From an uncultured Thermoplasmatales archaeon (GTDB lineage: Archaea; Thermoplasmatota; E2; DHVEG-1), in NCBI GenBank assembly GCA_964627915.1, contig CAZVKY010000008.1:7678-31677 (forward strand): DNA of 24,000 nucleotides, written 5' to 3'. The notes under the pieces are model-generated. The model searched no databases and was not told where the DNA came from. It saw only the letters and a list, made by a program, of their open reading frames with translations. Positions 1 through 9,453 of this stretch are shown one piece after another. How positions within the stretch are numbered: the stretch's first letter is position 1; every line of letters starts with the position of its first letter. The position numbers and the translations under genes are program-made.

Positions 1-236
1 TCCTCATGTATCGAAGAAGCCCTTTCTTAGATGGATAATGGAATATTGTTCCTACTGTACCAGACCTGACCTCCCCAAAGTTATTGTCCATTTCAATGAC
101 AAATAACTGCTCACCAATATCTCTCTCGAGGTAAATACCTCACCTCTGAAGCAAACACCGCATGGGCATCCTCAGTTTTTTTTGCTGGGGTGCCTTTGCA
201 CACCCTTTTAAAAATGATAATCTGGTTTGGATGCAT
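1..236 (-). pseudogene. 5' part of an unidentified gene, apparently frameshifted, continues past the left edge
   Basis: Frame A, 236..111: MHPNQIIIFKRVCKGTPAKKTEDAHAVFASEVRYLPRERYW*. Frame B, 139..1 (open to the edge): GIYLERDIGEQLFVIEMDNNFGEVRSGTVGTIFHYPSKKGLLRYMR. The two overlap in a way that suggests one protein split by a frameshift around 115-140. Confidence 0.35.
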
Positions 237-263
237 TTAGCTAGTTTTTTGTAGAATCAAAAA

Positions 264-1551
264 TTATGAAATATACTGAGCAATTCGTGTGATTCCTTCT
301 CTGATTAAGCTATGATCTTGACAAAGGGGTCCATAGGACAAGCGAAGGGCATGATCCATGCTTGGTCCGAAACCCGTTCCTGGGATGAGGAGAACACTAG
401 TGTTTTTCAATACGCCCTGGATGAATGTCATTGGATTCTCAGCACTGGGAGTCGGACAACAAGTGTAGAGACCACCGTCAGGGGTTAAATACTGCATCCA
501 AGTTTTTCTTCGATCATTTCTATGAGCACCGCAGCAGTTTGTTTATACAAGGTTCTAGTGTTTTTAATATATGTTGCTAGTGATCCATCGGATAATCCAG
601 TTTCGAGATATTCTGCAGTGGCCATACTATGCAAGGTATCTGGTGAGAGAAGCATGAATTCATTGATTTTTTCCATTCCATTGACAAACGCTTTTGGTGC
701 TTCTATCCATCCCAGTCGTCTTCCCAGGCTTGACAGCCATTTTGAGTTTGAGTGAATACTGATTACATTTGGATACGTTTCCGGGGACCAAGAATAACAT
801 GGTGGTAGGTCATTAAACCAGAGTGATTTGTATGCATAGTCTAATACCAAAAATCCTTGATGATCCGTAAGTATCTCTCGAGCAGCTCTGAGAAATGAAT
901 CAGGTGGTATCTGGCTGGTAGGGTTGTCCGGAACAGGGATAACACAAATTTTTGCTCCTTGTGAACAGAATGTTTTAAGTTGTTCACATGATTTTTCTAC
1001 TTGAGCTAAATACGTCCAGTTTTCCGGATTGAGCGCAGAAACAAAATGTATTTTTGATTTAGGTAGTGCACAGGTTATAGCATTTGCATAATTTGCATAA
1101 GTTGGATCAAGCAAGCAAACATCATCTTTAGGATTAGCAAGTACTCGTAAAAGGTCATGAAAAAGCTGTGTTGAGGATTGTCCAAGAAGAATATTTTCAG
1201 TGCTTAATGGATGAACATGATATATGTTTTGTTTTGTTCGAATCGACAGAGTTGTTCCCGACAATAAGAGAGACCATTAATTGGGCTGTATCGACCGCTT
1301 TTATGAAAGAGGTTATTGTCAGCAGCAATCTTTTCATAAATTGTTCGTAATTGTTCTGGGGCAGCATGATTACACCATCCTCCACCAAAGGAGATAATCT
1401 TTTGTGGATCTAAACCCATCTGAATAATGTTATTTGGTTCCGCCATTTTCATAATGGTTTGTATTGGCAATAATTTTTGCAATCTGTTAGTTATCAGATT
1501 CGACAACAAAAGAGAGGTATTTGTTTGATGGGAATGGTTTTGTTGATTCAT
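264..1551 (-). pseudogene. PLP-dependent class I/II aminotransferase (histidinol-phosphate aminotransferase-like), split into three frames
   Basis: Three consecutive minus ORFs (1551-1204, 1264-485, 497-264) in three different frames together give one fold: N-terminal FGGGWCNHAAPEQL, middle ENILLGQSSTQLFHDLLR ... VCLLDPTYANY ... NSKWLSSLGRRLGW (lysine motif), C-terminal TPDGGLYTCCP ... LLIPGTGFGPSMDHALRLSYG. Frameshifts lie near 1240-1260 and near 490-505. Confidence 0.75.
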
Positions 1552-1614
1552 GATAACTAGGTTTATCGAGAATGGTATTGTATAATATTTCGGAAAAAAA
1601 GGATGTTGAATTTT

Positions 1615-3495
1615 TTAGAGTATTTTATAAAGCATTCGTTCAGTTGAAAGCGTTGCTTCTCCATTACTCCAAGCAGTCACCTCTAAATGATACCGACCAA
1701 GACTCAAACTATTCCATTGCCATTGAAACGGTGCTGTTTCATCAGTATGTTCCTTGGTTCCATCAACGAAGAAAACAACCTTTTCTATTGGCTCGGAAAA
1801 ATCACCATTGATGGTAGTATTAATGGTAATAGGACCAACTACCATAGTAGTTGGGTATTTGTAGAAATCCCAGTAAATAATATGAATGAATTGTTCCTGA
1901 TCAAAAACATAAAGACTATCTTCTGCGGGACGGGTAATCACAATTGCTTGATTTGCATGTTCTTGGCCTACTGTTTTATAATCAATCCCTTGCTGTAGAG
2001 GACCAGAATAGCGGTTTGAGGAAAAAATTGATTGATTGGTATCCCAATGTTCATGTACTCCCAGACTTTGAGAAAGATATGTTCCATCATCCTCAGGATC
2101 ATATGTATCGGTTAATGGTTCAGCTGCTTGATGCAGATAATTCTGCGAACCCTCAATGGGTATGGGGCCTTCGGTATGAAGAAAATCATACATGACAGAG
2201 TCAATAGCCACTGGATCCTGACTGAAAAAGAGACTGTTGGTCCAGTCATCATTGAATGGATACATGTGAAACCAGGTGATGGTGCGATGATCCCGCAGGG
2301 TTGCATAGAGTCCATCACCGAGGAACAGGAGTGTTTTTTGCCCTATCTCATGGTGAGCAAAAAGATCTGTTTGTGGTGCAGCATTTCCCATGATTTGTCC
2401 GGATTTATGATAGGGATGAAGTTTAATGACCGGCTCTATGAAGGTGCCAAACATATTTTTTCCTGAAAGAGTGACTCCATGATTAATAGGATGTTGTTTT
2501 AATATTGGCATGTTGATGAGATAATCTGCATCGACCACACATTGTGGTAATGTTCGAATGAGGCCATCAGAAAAATGAATGGTTACATTACTTGCTTCTG
2601 CTCGGGTTCTTCCGGGTGCATCTCCTTTTTTATCTACATAGTTAACAGTGGGATACTCTGTTACTATTTGATCGTAAAACCAGTCCGGCATTGGTCGAGA
2701 GACATCATAGACAGTAATATCTGAGGGATTCACTCCGGCAACTGATACCAGTTGATTGATTAGGCTTTTCACAACCATTGGATGGGCATCTCGTTGGTTG
2801 TCTTTTGCTTGGTAATCATCAATGAAATCAAATGGATTATAACAGTTGTTAAGATTTACTTTGATAGCGATTTTTTCACCAGATTGATAACCTTTTGGTT
2901 CATTGTTTCGTTTGCTATTAAATGAGGTGAAGAGTGCATTCCATGCAGCTTCATCTGATGGTTGATCGGTAAGTGATTTTACTCCTTGAGATATCATGGT
3001 TTGGATTACTTGTTGATCATTATTTTGTTCATACCACCAGTACCCGTCGAGTTCTTGTTCAGTTGCATCAGGATCCCAGACCCAGACAACTCGACCGGGA
3101 TTGATACCTTGTCCATTCCCTATTGGTTCTTTTGGAAGAGGAGTCCATGGTTCATATGATATGTCACGTGTTTGATGGGAAGCTGCAAAACCAATACCGC
3201 TTATCGTTGAGACAAAAAGAACGATGATGAGTAAAACTGGGGTTAATGCAGCCGTTTTTGTTTTTACCTTGTGCATCCAGTGGAATAATCCATAGATCAT
3301 TGCGGTCCAAAATGCGATATATCCAAAGGAAATGGGTATTGCTACTTGTTGACATGGATATTGTGATCGATGAGGTGCAGGAAGGACTCGAACGATAAAC
3401 CAAAGAAAACAAATGATTCCTGCAATATGAAAAAAGATTCCTTTCGCATGTTTCAACTTATGAAAAAACCGGTGTTTCCAACATGTCTTTTTCAT
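1615..3495 (-). CDS. DUF362-domain membrane-anchored protein
   Basis: 626-aa ORF. N-terminal hydrophobic segments, then a DUF362-like core (DADYLINMPILKQHPINHGVTLSGKNMFGTF, FLGDGLYATLRDH, DPVAIDSVMYDFL) and a C-terminal Ig-like segment (PIEKVVFFVDGTKEHTDETAPFQWQWNSLSLGRYHLEVTAW). Confidence 0.7.
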   Translation of the reverse strand: MKKTCWKHRFFHKLKHAKGIFFHIAGIICFLWFIVRVLPAPHRSQYPCQQVAIPISFGYIAFWTAMIYGLFHWMHKVKTKTAALTPVLLIIVLFVSTISGIGFAASHQTRDISYEPWTPLPKEPIGNGQGINPGRVVWVWDPDATEQELDGYWWYEQNNDQQVIQTMISQGVKSLTDQPSDEAAWNALFTSFNSKRNNEPKGYQSGEKIAIKVNLNNCYNPFDFIDDYQAKDNQRDAHPMVVKSLINQLVSVAGVNPSDITVYDVSRPMPDWFYDQIVTEYPTVNYVDKKGDAPGRTRAEASNVTIHFSDGLIRTLPQCVVDADYLINMPILKQHPINHGVTLSGKNMFGTFIEPVIKLHPYHKSGQIMGNAAPQTDLFAHHEIGQKTLLFLGDGLYATLRDHRTITWFHMYPFNDDWTNSLFFSQDPVAIDSVMYDFLHTEGPIPIEGSQNYLHQAAEPLTDTYDPEDDGTYLSQSLGVHEHWDTNQSIFSSNRYSGPLQQGIDYKTVGQEHANQAIVITRPAEDSLYVFDQEQFIHIIYWDFYKYPTTMVVGPITINTTINGDFSEPIEKVVFFVDGTKEHTDETAPFQWQWNSLSLGRYHLEVTAWSNGEATLSTERMLYKIL

Positions 3496-3566
3496 AGGTC
3501 CCCATCCTAATATAGAATCCTCTTGTTTTTAAATGTTACTCTTCTATTTTATGTTGAGGATTTTTT

Positions 3567-4238
3567 TTAGATGACCCCTGTTTCTTTCATGCTCACATAG
3601 GTTTCTTTGCCGATGACTACATGATCAAGGACGGTGATTCCTAAGAGGTCACCTGCGTTTACCAGGTTTTTGGTAACCACTTCATCTTCTTTACTTGGCG
3701 TTGGATCTCCACTTGGATGATTGTGGACAAGGATAATTGAATTGGCACTTGATTGAATTGCTTTTTTAAAAACCTCTCTTGGATGAATAAGAGATGCATT
3801 GAGGGTTCCTTTTGATACTAATTGATCTGCGATAACATGATTTTTGGTGTTGAGATAGAGGCTATGGAAATGTTCTTTTTGTTTGTCTTGCAGTTGATCG
3901 ACGTATCGGTTGAACACATCTTCTGCACTGGTGATTTTTTGTTTATATCCTTGTTTTTTAAGTTTGTTTGTTCGCCGGAATATCTCAAACATGGCTATGA
4001 TCCGCATTGTTTTGATTTCATCTTGTAATTGCGTGTTTATCTCTTGGAATGAGAGTGCGGAAAGTTTGTAGAAATGAGCTTTTTTTAAAATCCGGTTTGA
4101 TACATCAATAGCGTTTTCCTTTTTGTTTCCTCTTCCAAAAATGATTGCTAAGAGTTCCGCGTCTGATAAGTTAGTAGCACCTTGTGTTTTTAGTCGTGTA
4201 TTCGGTCGTGTGTATCGGGGCATCTCATAGATTTTCAT
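3567..4238 (-). CDS. radC: RadC/JAB-domain (MPN+) protein
   Basis: 223 aa with metalloprotease-like signature ILVHNHPSGDPTPSKED plus RadC-like N-terminal region (GATNLSDAELLAIIFGRGNK). Confidence 0.88.
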   Translation of the reverse strand: MKIYEMPRYTRPNTRLKTQGATNLSDAELLAIIFGRGNKKENAIDVSNRILKKAHFYKLSALSFQEINTQLQDEIKTMRIIAMFEIFRRTNKLKKQGYKQKITSAEDVFNRYVDQLQDKQKEHFHSLYLNTKNHVIADQLVSKGTLNASLIHPREVFKKAIQSSANSIILVHNHPSGDPTPSKEDEVVTKNLVNAGDLLGITVLDHVVIGKETYVSMKETGVI

Positions 4239-4364
4239 GGAAGTTGTGAATATGTTATCATTTTTATAATTTATCGTATATCTTAATTATTCTTATTATA
4301 AAATAGGTGTCCGATTCAAATAAAATCAGCAGAAAAAGAAGTGAAAAAAAGTCAAACTAAGAGC

Positions 4365-4559
4365 TTAAATTTTTCGAAGAGCAGAAATGTTTTCAAAGGC
4401 AATATGGTGTTCTTTTTCGCCGCTGTTAAAAAGTATTTTTTTCTGATCATAGTCAATAAAGGTGATTACACCAAAATGCACATGAGCAAACTGTTCATTA
4501 TTCTCTTTTGTAAGAAGTTTGCAGTGAACGTTTTTATATCTTTCGAGGAATGAATTCAT
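4365..4559 (-). CDS. small conserved-looking hypothetical protein, possibly an Sm-like/beta-barrel fold
   Basis: 64 aa MNSFLERYKNVHCKLLTKENNEQFAHVHFGVITFIDYDQKKILFNSGEKEHHIAFENISALRKI. Its start codon overlaps the upstream small ORF by ATGA. Confidence 0.6.
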   Translation of the reverse strand: MNSFLERYKNVHCKLLTKENNEQFAHVHFGVITFIDYDQKKILFNSGEKEHHIAFENISALRKI

Positions 4560-4663
4560 TGATTTTCACTTCCCTTTGCGGAGGTTTTTCTTTTTTCTAT
4601 TTCACCTCTGTGTTTGATATAATACAGCCAATTATCTACCGGTTTTTCATGGTCTTTTTTCAT
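4556..4663 (-). CDS. small hypothetical protein (35 aa), translationally coupled to the next gene
   Basis: MKKDHEKPVDNWLYYIKHRGEIEKRKTSAKGSENQ*. Its stop (TGA 4558-4556) overlaps the ATG at 4559. Upstream GGTGAG (SD-like) and a TTTTAAATAAT TATA-like element. Confidence 0.5.
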   Translation of the reverse strand: MKKDHEKPVDNWLYYIKHRGEIEKRKTSAKGSENQ

Positions 4664-4808
4664 TCATCTCACCATATCGTGTTACTTTCTAGCACTGACA
4701 TTATTTAAAACCGTGGTGAGAAACTATCAAAATCAAAAAAATACCAAAAAAGAAAAATAGATAGAAGATAAGAGTTGACAAAAACAAAAAAAGCAAAAGG
4801 ATACTACA

Positions 4809-5198
4809 TTATTCTGTGTCCTGTTCCACATCCTCAGCTTTCTTTACTTTTTTCAAGGTCACATTAATGATGTCGCCGTATTTCCAGTTTCGGGAAAGAA
4901 AATCGATTTCTGATTCAACATGAACCAGGCGTCTAGGATCATATTGTTTATTTCCCTTAAAAAGAGGTGGCATCACTTGTTTCATCATTTGAGAAAGCTG
5001 TTGTTGAAGCTCAGGTGGAAAAGGATTCCCATTGGGACCGACTCCACTAATCTGAATAGGGGGCTGATCATTGTTTTGTTCATGATGATACTCAATTCTA
5101 TCAACTGGTTCCATCATCACCTCAACATAACCCTTTTTATGTTCACTTGGTTTAATCGCCTTAATTTGATAAGGGATTGTAATGTTGTCTTCTACCAT
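4809..5198 (-). CDS. conserved hypothetical protein
   Basis: 129 aa when started at MVEDNITIPYQIKAIK. The longer track ORF (to 5405) would overlap the divergent HAD gene and its extension is low-complexity/hydrophobic. Confidence 0.6.
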   Translation of the reverse strand: MVEDNITIPYQIKAIKPSEHKKGYVEVMMEPVDRIEYHHEQNNDQPPIQISGVGPNGNPFPPELQQQLSQMMKQVMPPLFKGNKQYDPRRLVHVESEIDFLSRNWKYGDIINVTLKKVKKAEDVEQDTE

Positions 5199-5319
5199 AT
5201 CACTACTTCCAAAGATAAGATAAAGAACAGTTATAAGAATCTTTTTGATAATATGGAGGAAAAGAAAAACTTCAAAATCACAAAAACAAAAAAAGAGAGA
5301 CGTGTTTAAAGGATGGAAC

Positions 5320-5964
5320 ATGGTAAAAATCATTTCATTTGATTTAGATGGAACGCTTACAAAGCCTGATTTTGGTGATTTGGTTTGGTTAGAAGGTTTA
5401 CCCAAAGCCTATGCAAATGAAAAAAATATCGCCTTGTCAAAAGCAAAAAAACAATTAATCCAGGCATATGATGCAATTGGAAATACAAAAAGGGAATGGT
5501 ATGATCTTTCTTATTGGATAAAAAAACTCCATCTGTCAATCCAACCCCGAGATTTATTAAACCGGTATAAAGATAAGATCAAAGCATATCCCGAAGCAGT
5601 ATCCGTGGTATCAAATCTTTCTAAAAGCTACCCATTGATTATCAGTTCAAGTGCCATGAAAGAGTTTATTTCTATTGAGTTAAGCCAAAGCAATATGAAT
5701 TCTTATTTTTCAAATGTTTTTTCATCAACATCAGATACCGACACCGTTAAAAAAAATCCTTCTTTTTATAAAATGATCTGCTCCAGGCTTAATATTTCCA
5801 CCAATGACCTGATTCATGTTGGTGATTCAAAACGTTTAGATTATGAATCCCCTAGAAAAATAGGTATCACATCCTTTTATTTACAGCGTAATAAGCAGAG
5901 TGAAAAACAATTTTATGTTAGTTCATTAAAGGAATTTGAGAACAAAATAATTCAACAGCATTGA
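5320..5964 (+). CDS. HAD-superfamily hydrolase/phosphatase
   Basis: DxD motif near the N-terminus (MVKIISFDLDGTLTKPDFG), motif II-like PLIISSSAMKEF, and HVGDSKRLDYESPRKIGI. Start revised from 5245 to 5320. Confidence 0.85.
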   Translation: MVKIISFDLDGTLTKPDFGDLVWLEGLPKAYANEKNIALSKAKKQLIQAYDAIGNTKREWYDLSYWIKKLHLSIQPRDLLNRYKDKIKAYPEAVSVVSNLSKSYPLIISSSAMKEFISIELSQSNMNSYFSNVFSSTSDTDTVKKNPSFYKMICSRLNISTNDLIHVGDSKRLDYESPRKIGITSFYLQRNKQSEKQFYVSSLKEFENKIIQQH

Positions 5965-6009
5965 ATGAGTCTGTTAAACACGTAATTGAAGTTTATCATT
6001 CTCCTTTAT

Positions 6010-6957
6010 TTAAGTATTTAATTCATCTGCGAGCCAGAGCACATTACGAAAATAAATGTCCTGAGCGCGAAGATTACCGACCGTAAATTCTGCATGAATC
6101 GGTGAAAGAACAACCCGTCCTCTATGATATGTAGTAGCAATAATTGCTTTTTTGTATCTTATATTGTTATCATAGGGTTCATCAGGACGTCTAAATGAAG
6201 CAATGGTATGAACCTTTGACATAAACAGAGTGTTTACCATTGGTCCATCGACCAGAGGAGCATTTCCAAGCATAATCCGCATACTTGATCCCATATAGGG
6301 CTGCTGGATAGGGATCGTGTTTTCCTTAAAATGAATTCTTCCTCTTGAAAGCGGAAGTTTTGAGATGAATTGAACCATATCTAATGCAGTAAAAAACCGG
6401 GGATTCTGTATGATATTTCGAAGAGCAGATGCATCAGTATATACGTTTGCTAACCCTAACATTGGTGAGAGTTCTGAAAAACCAAGAAGTTTACTCATGA
6501 GGGTATTATATCGCCAATTCAGTTTTTCAACTCCTAATGATCCGAAGGTGGAATCTCCGCATATACCATAGAATCCCCCTCCTTTTCGAACAAAACGTCT
6601 CAACTGAATTCGATATAACAGTGGTGTATGCCATCCTCCTACTCCACCAGGGGCAATCACCACATCAATATTTTTTCTGAGAAGTAACCCTCTTTGTACA
6701 TCACCACCATTCCAACTATCCCAGAACTCATAGATTCTCACTCTTACATCATGAGTTGATGCACCATGTTTCAAGCGAATTTTATGTAACAAAGTAGATA
6801 AAGCCGAGGTTAAAGATTTATCAAAAAAATCCCATTCCTGTCTAATAATTGCAATTTTTATAGTTGGTTTTCTGGTGAAAAAACCAGATGAAACTGGAAT
6901 AAGATTGGGGAGGAGAAGAATGAGAATGATACAAAGAATTGAAAGGAAACCTCTCAT
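6010..6957 (-). CDS. secreted/membrane-anchored class I glutamine amidotransferase-like (BPL_N-type) protein
   Basis: 315 aa. N-terminal signal/anchor (MRGFLSILCIILILLLPNLIPVSSG), VVIAPGGVGGWH, and a nucleophile-elbow-like GGGFYGICGDSTFG. Confidence 0.65.
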   Translation of the reverse strand: MRGFLSILCIILILLLPNLIPVSSGFFTRKPTIKIAIIRQEWDFFDKSLTSALSTLLHKIRLKHGASTHDVRVRIYEFWDSWNGGDVQRGLLLRKNIDVVIAPGGVGGWHTPLLYRIQLRRFVRKGGGFYGICGDSTFGSLGVEKLNWRYNTLMSKLLGFSELSPMLGLANVYTDASALRNIIQNPRFFTALDMVQFISKLPLSRGRIHFKENTIPIQQPYMGSSMRIMLGNAPLVDGPMVNTLFMSKVHTIASFRRPDEPYDNNIRYKKAIIATTYHRGRVVLSPIHAEFTVGNLRAQDIYFRNVLWLADELNT

Positions 6958-7274
6958 GGAAACGCCTTGTTATAGAATTATGAGACCAAGTTTATTAAAA
7001 TTTTCCCATTAGACCAGGAAATTCCGATATAAAACCTTGTTTATCTGTTTTTTTAGTGAACTTGTAGAATATCAAATATTGATTTGTTGTTCTTAGCAAT
7101 AATCCTTTTTCGATCATCTCATCAATGATTTAATATAGTAAAAATCCTATTCTTTTGAATGATTACTAGTGATGGGCTAGGGATGATGAGAGGGCTGATA
7201 CATTGTTTAAGGGAAAAATCATCCGTTCAGAAAAATATCAAATGGTTTGCTTTGGTCTGGGTATGTGAATAATC

Positions 7275-8882
7275 ATGAATGATGAACCATCTATCGTGAA
7301 AGAAATGAGAGAACAAGATGACTGTAAACTCGAAAATCCAATTAATTCTAATGACAAGAGTATTCAACAAATAAAGAAAGAAAAAAATGGATCCAAAATC
7401 AATGAATCTTCAGTATTAATCTCAAATCAAGACAGTGGGATCGAAACAGAATTATATAAAAAATTAGTGGAGAATCTTCTTGAAGGAATTGTAATTCTTG
7501 ATTTTAAAGGAAATGTGTTATATGCAAATCAAGCAATGACTCATCTTTTTGGTTTTGATTCAACAGAGGAAGCCGCTGATAAAAATGCATTAGATTTTAT
7601 TGATCCGAAGTACCATAAACGAGTTATTCGTGACCAACTTCTGGTTCGATTTGGAAAAGGTGGATTTCTTAGTACGTATCAAGGAATCAAAAAAAATGGA
7701 GAAAAAATTTGGATCGAAGGATTAGGATGTAAAATCAAATATGATAATAAATCGGCGAATGTGGTGTTCATCCGTGATATTACTCCCAGAAGAAAGACAT
7801 GGGAGAAATTAATCAATTTGGAAAAAAAATATCGAGCTATCGCAGAAATGTCTGCTGACGGAATTATTACCATTGATCCCTTAGGAAAACTCACTTATTC
7901 TAACCCCTCCTTTCAAAAGATGGTAGGCCCCTCAAATGAGAAACTTTTCTCCGGGCTTTTCAGAGATTTCCTTTCAGATGATACCATTTATCTTTTTCAA
8001 CAGATTTTCATGGAATCAAGAAAAAAAGATAAAAAAATCGAACATGTTGAACTCGAATTATTAGACGATAATAATGAAATCATCCCTATTGAACTCAGTA
8101 TTTCACCATTAAAAACAAATGAATCATTCACTGGTTTTGTCTGTACTATTCATGATGTTATTGAACGAAAACAAATGGAACAAGAGATTAAAAAATCTGA
8201 GCAGTTAAAAACAGAGTTCATGAATATTGCCGCTCATGAATTAAAATCACCGGTTACTCCTATTAAGGGATATTTAGATTTGATTATCTCAGATGCAGAA
8301 ACAAATCAACAAACAAAGAAATGGGCACAGGTCAGCCTTCGCAATGCTGAACGATTACTTCTTCTGGTCAATGATATTTTGGATGTTTCACGTCTTGATA
8401 GTGATACTATGAAATTTGAAATGAGAAAGATGTCCTCTGAAAAACTCCTTAAGGATATTGCTGAAGATTTGAAACCATCCATTGAACAAAAGAATTTGCA
8501 ACTTCATGTCGATATCCCAAAGAATCTTCCACCAATACTTGGTGATGCGCATCGATTAACCCAGGTTATTAGAAACTTACTTGTCAACGCCATTAAATTC
8601 ACTGATAAAGGATCAATTTCTTTATCAGGCAAAGTAATTGAGGATAGGCTTGTTATTTCTGTTGAGGATACCGGTGTTGGAATAAAAAAAGAAGATTTAA
8701 CAAAGATATTCCAAAAATTTTACCAGGCAGATACCGCGGACAGCAGGAAACAGGAAGGAACAGGGTTAGGATTGTTTATTTGTAAACAAATCATGAAAAA
8801 ACATCAGGGCGATATTACGGTGGAAAGTGAACCTGGAAAGGGAAGTTGTTTCACCATTACAATCCCAGTTATTACTCATTGA
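7275..8882 (+). CDS. PAS-domain sensor histidine kinase
   Basis: Two PAS segments (YKKLVENLLEGIVILDFKG; YRAIAEMSADGIITIDPLG), HisKA MNIAAHELKSPVTPIKGYL, HATPase_c N box LLVNAIKFTDKG and G boxes VEDTGVGI, GTGLGLFICK. Confidence 0.95.
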   Translation: MNDEPSIVKEMREQDDCKLENPINSNDKSIQQIKKEKNGSKINESSVLISNQDSGIETELYKKLVENLLEGIVILDFKGNVLYANQAMTHLFGFDSTEEAADKNALDFIDPKYHKRVIRDQLLVRFGKGGFLSTYQGIKKNGEKIWIEGLGCKIKYDNKSANVVFIRDITPRRKTWEKLINLEKKYRAIAEMSADGIITIDPLGKLTYSNPSFQKMVGPSNEKLFSGLFRDFLSDDTIYLFQQIFMESRKKDKKIEHVELELLDDNNEIIPIELSISPLKTNESFTGFVCTIHDVIERKQMEQEIKKSEQLKTEFMNIAAHELKSPVTPIKGYLDLIISDAETNQQTKKWAQVSLRNAERLLLLVNDILDVSRLDSDTMKFEMRKMSSEKLLKDIAEDLKPSIEQKNLQLHVDIPKNLPPILGDAHRLTQVIRNLLVNAIKFTDKGSISLSGKVIEDRLVISVEDTGVGIKKEDLTKIFQKFYQADTADSRKQEGTGLGLFICKQIMKKHQGDITVESEPGKGSCFTITIPVITH

Positions 8883-8932
8883 TTTAAATGAAAAATGAGT
8901 TCCTTGTTTCAGAGAAGGAAAAATAGATTTTT

Positions 8933-9289
8933 ATGATAAAAAAATGTCCAAAATGCAAAAAAAAAGCCGTCAAACTCTATATTAACAAAACAGTTGATAA
9001 AAAGAGAAAATGGATTCCCATTGCCTGGTTTTGTACCTCCTGTGGATATATCTATCAAGTAGTATCAGATACACTCATCTATGAGCTAGGGGAGCTAATA
9101 AAGGATGATAGAAACGTTCAGTACTGTCCTAAATGTGGTATGAAACTTGTTCGATCGTATCGTCATAAAAATCCAAAACAAGGAAAACAACAGTGGATTG
9201 CCAAAGGATGGTATTGTTCACGTTGTAAATATTGTTGGATAAAAACTGACACCGTGAAATCAAAAAAATTGCAGGGTTCTTTTTCCTAA
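8933..9289 (+). CDS. double zinc-ribbon protein
   Basis: 118 aa with two C-x2-C pairs in each half: CPKCKKK ... CTSCGY and CPKCGMK ... CSRCKYC. Confidence 0.75.
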   Translation: MIKKCPKCKKKAVKLYINKTVDKKRKWIPIAWFCTSCGYIYQVVSDTLIYELGELIKDDRNVQYCPKCGMKLVRSYRHKNPKQGKQQWIAKGWYCSRCKYCWIKTDTVKSKKLQGSFS

Positions 9290-9343
9290 ACCATTAAATA
9301 GATGTATCTATTTAGGGCATCGCATTACAGAGGAAAACCAACT

Positions 9344-9442
9344 ATGAAACGGAGTTCACGAGTTTGGAAAAAGAAAGGAAAAATGCGTTGGAAATGGCGT
9401 AAGAAACGAATGAAACGGGAAAAAAAGAGTCGCCGCAAGTAA
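9344..9442 (+). CDS. rpl41e: large ribosomal subunit protein eL41 (L41e)
   Basis: Absent from the ORF track. 32 aa: MKRSSRVWKKKGKMRWKWRKKRMKREKKSRRK*. The segment MRWKWRKKRMKREKK matches the known L41e pattern MRAKWRKKRMRRLKR. Confidence 0.8.
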   Translation: MKRSSRVWKKKGKMRWKWRKKRMKREKKSRRK

Positions 9443-9453
9443 TCTTCATATGC

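Noticed and set aside
2128-2466. Plus-strand ORF opposite the DUF362 gene (112 aa)
   Set aside because: Lies entirely antisense to a well-supported 626-aa CDS; the sequence has no recognisable domain.
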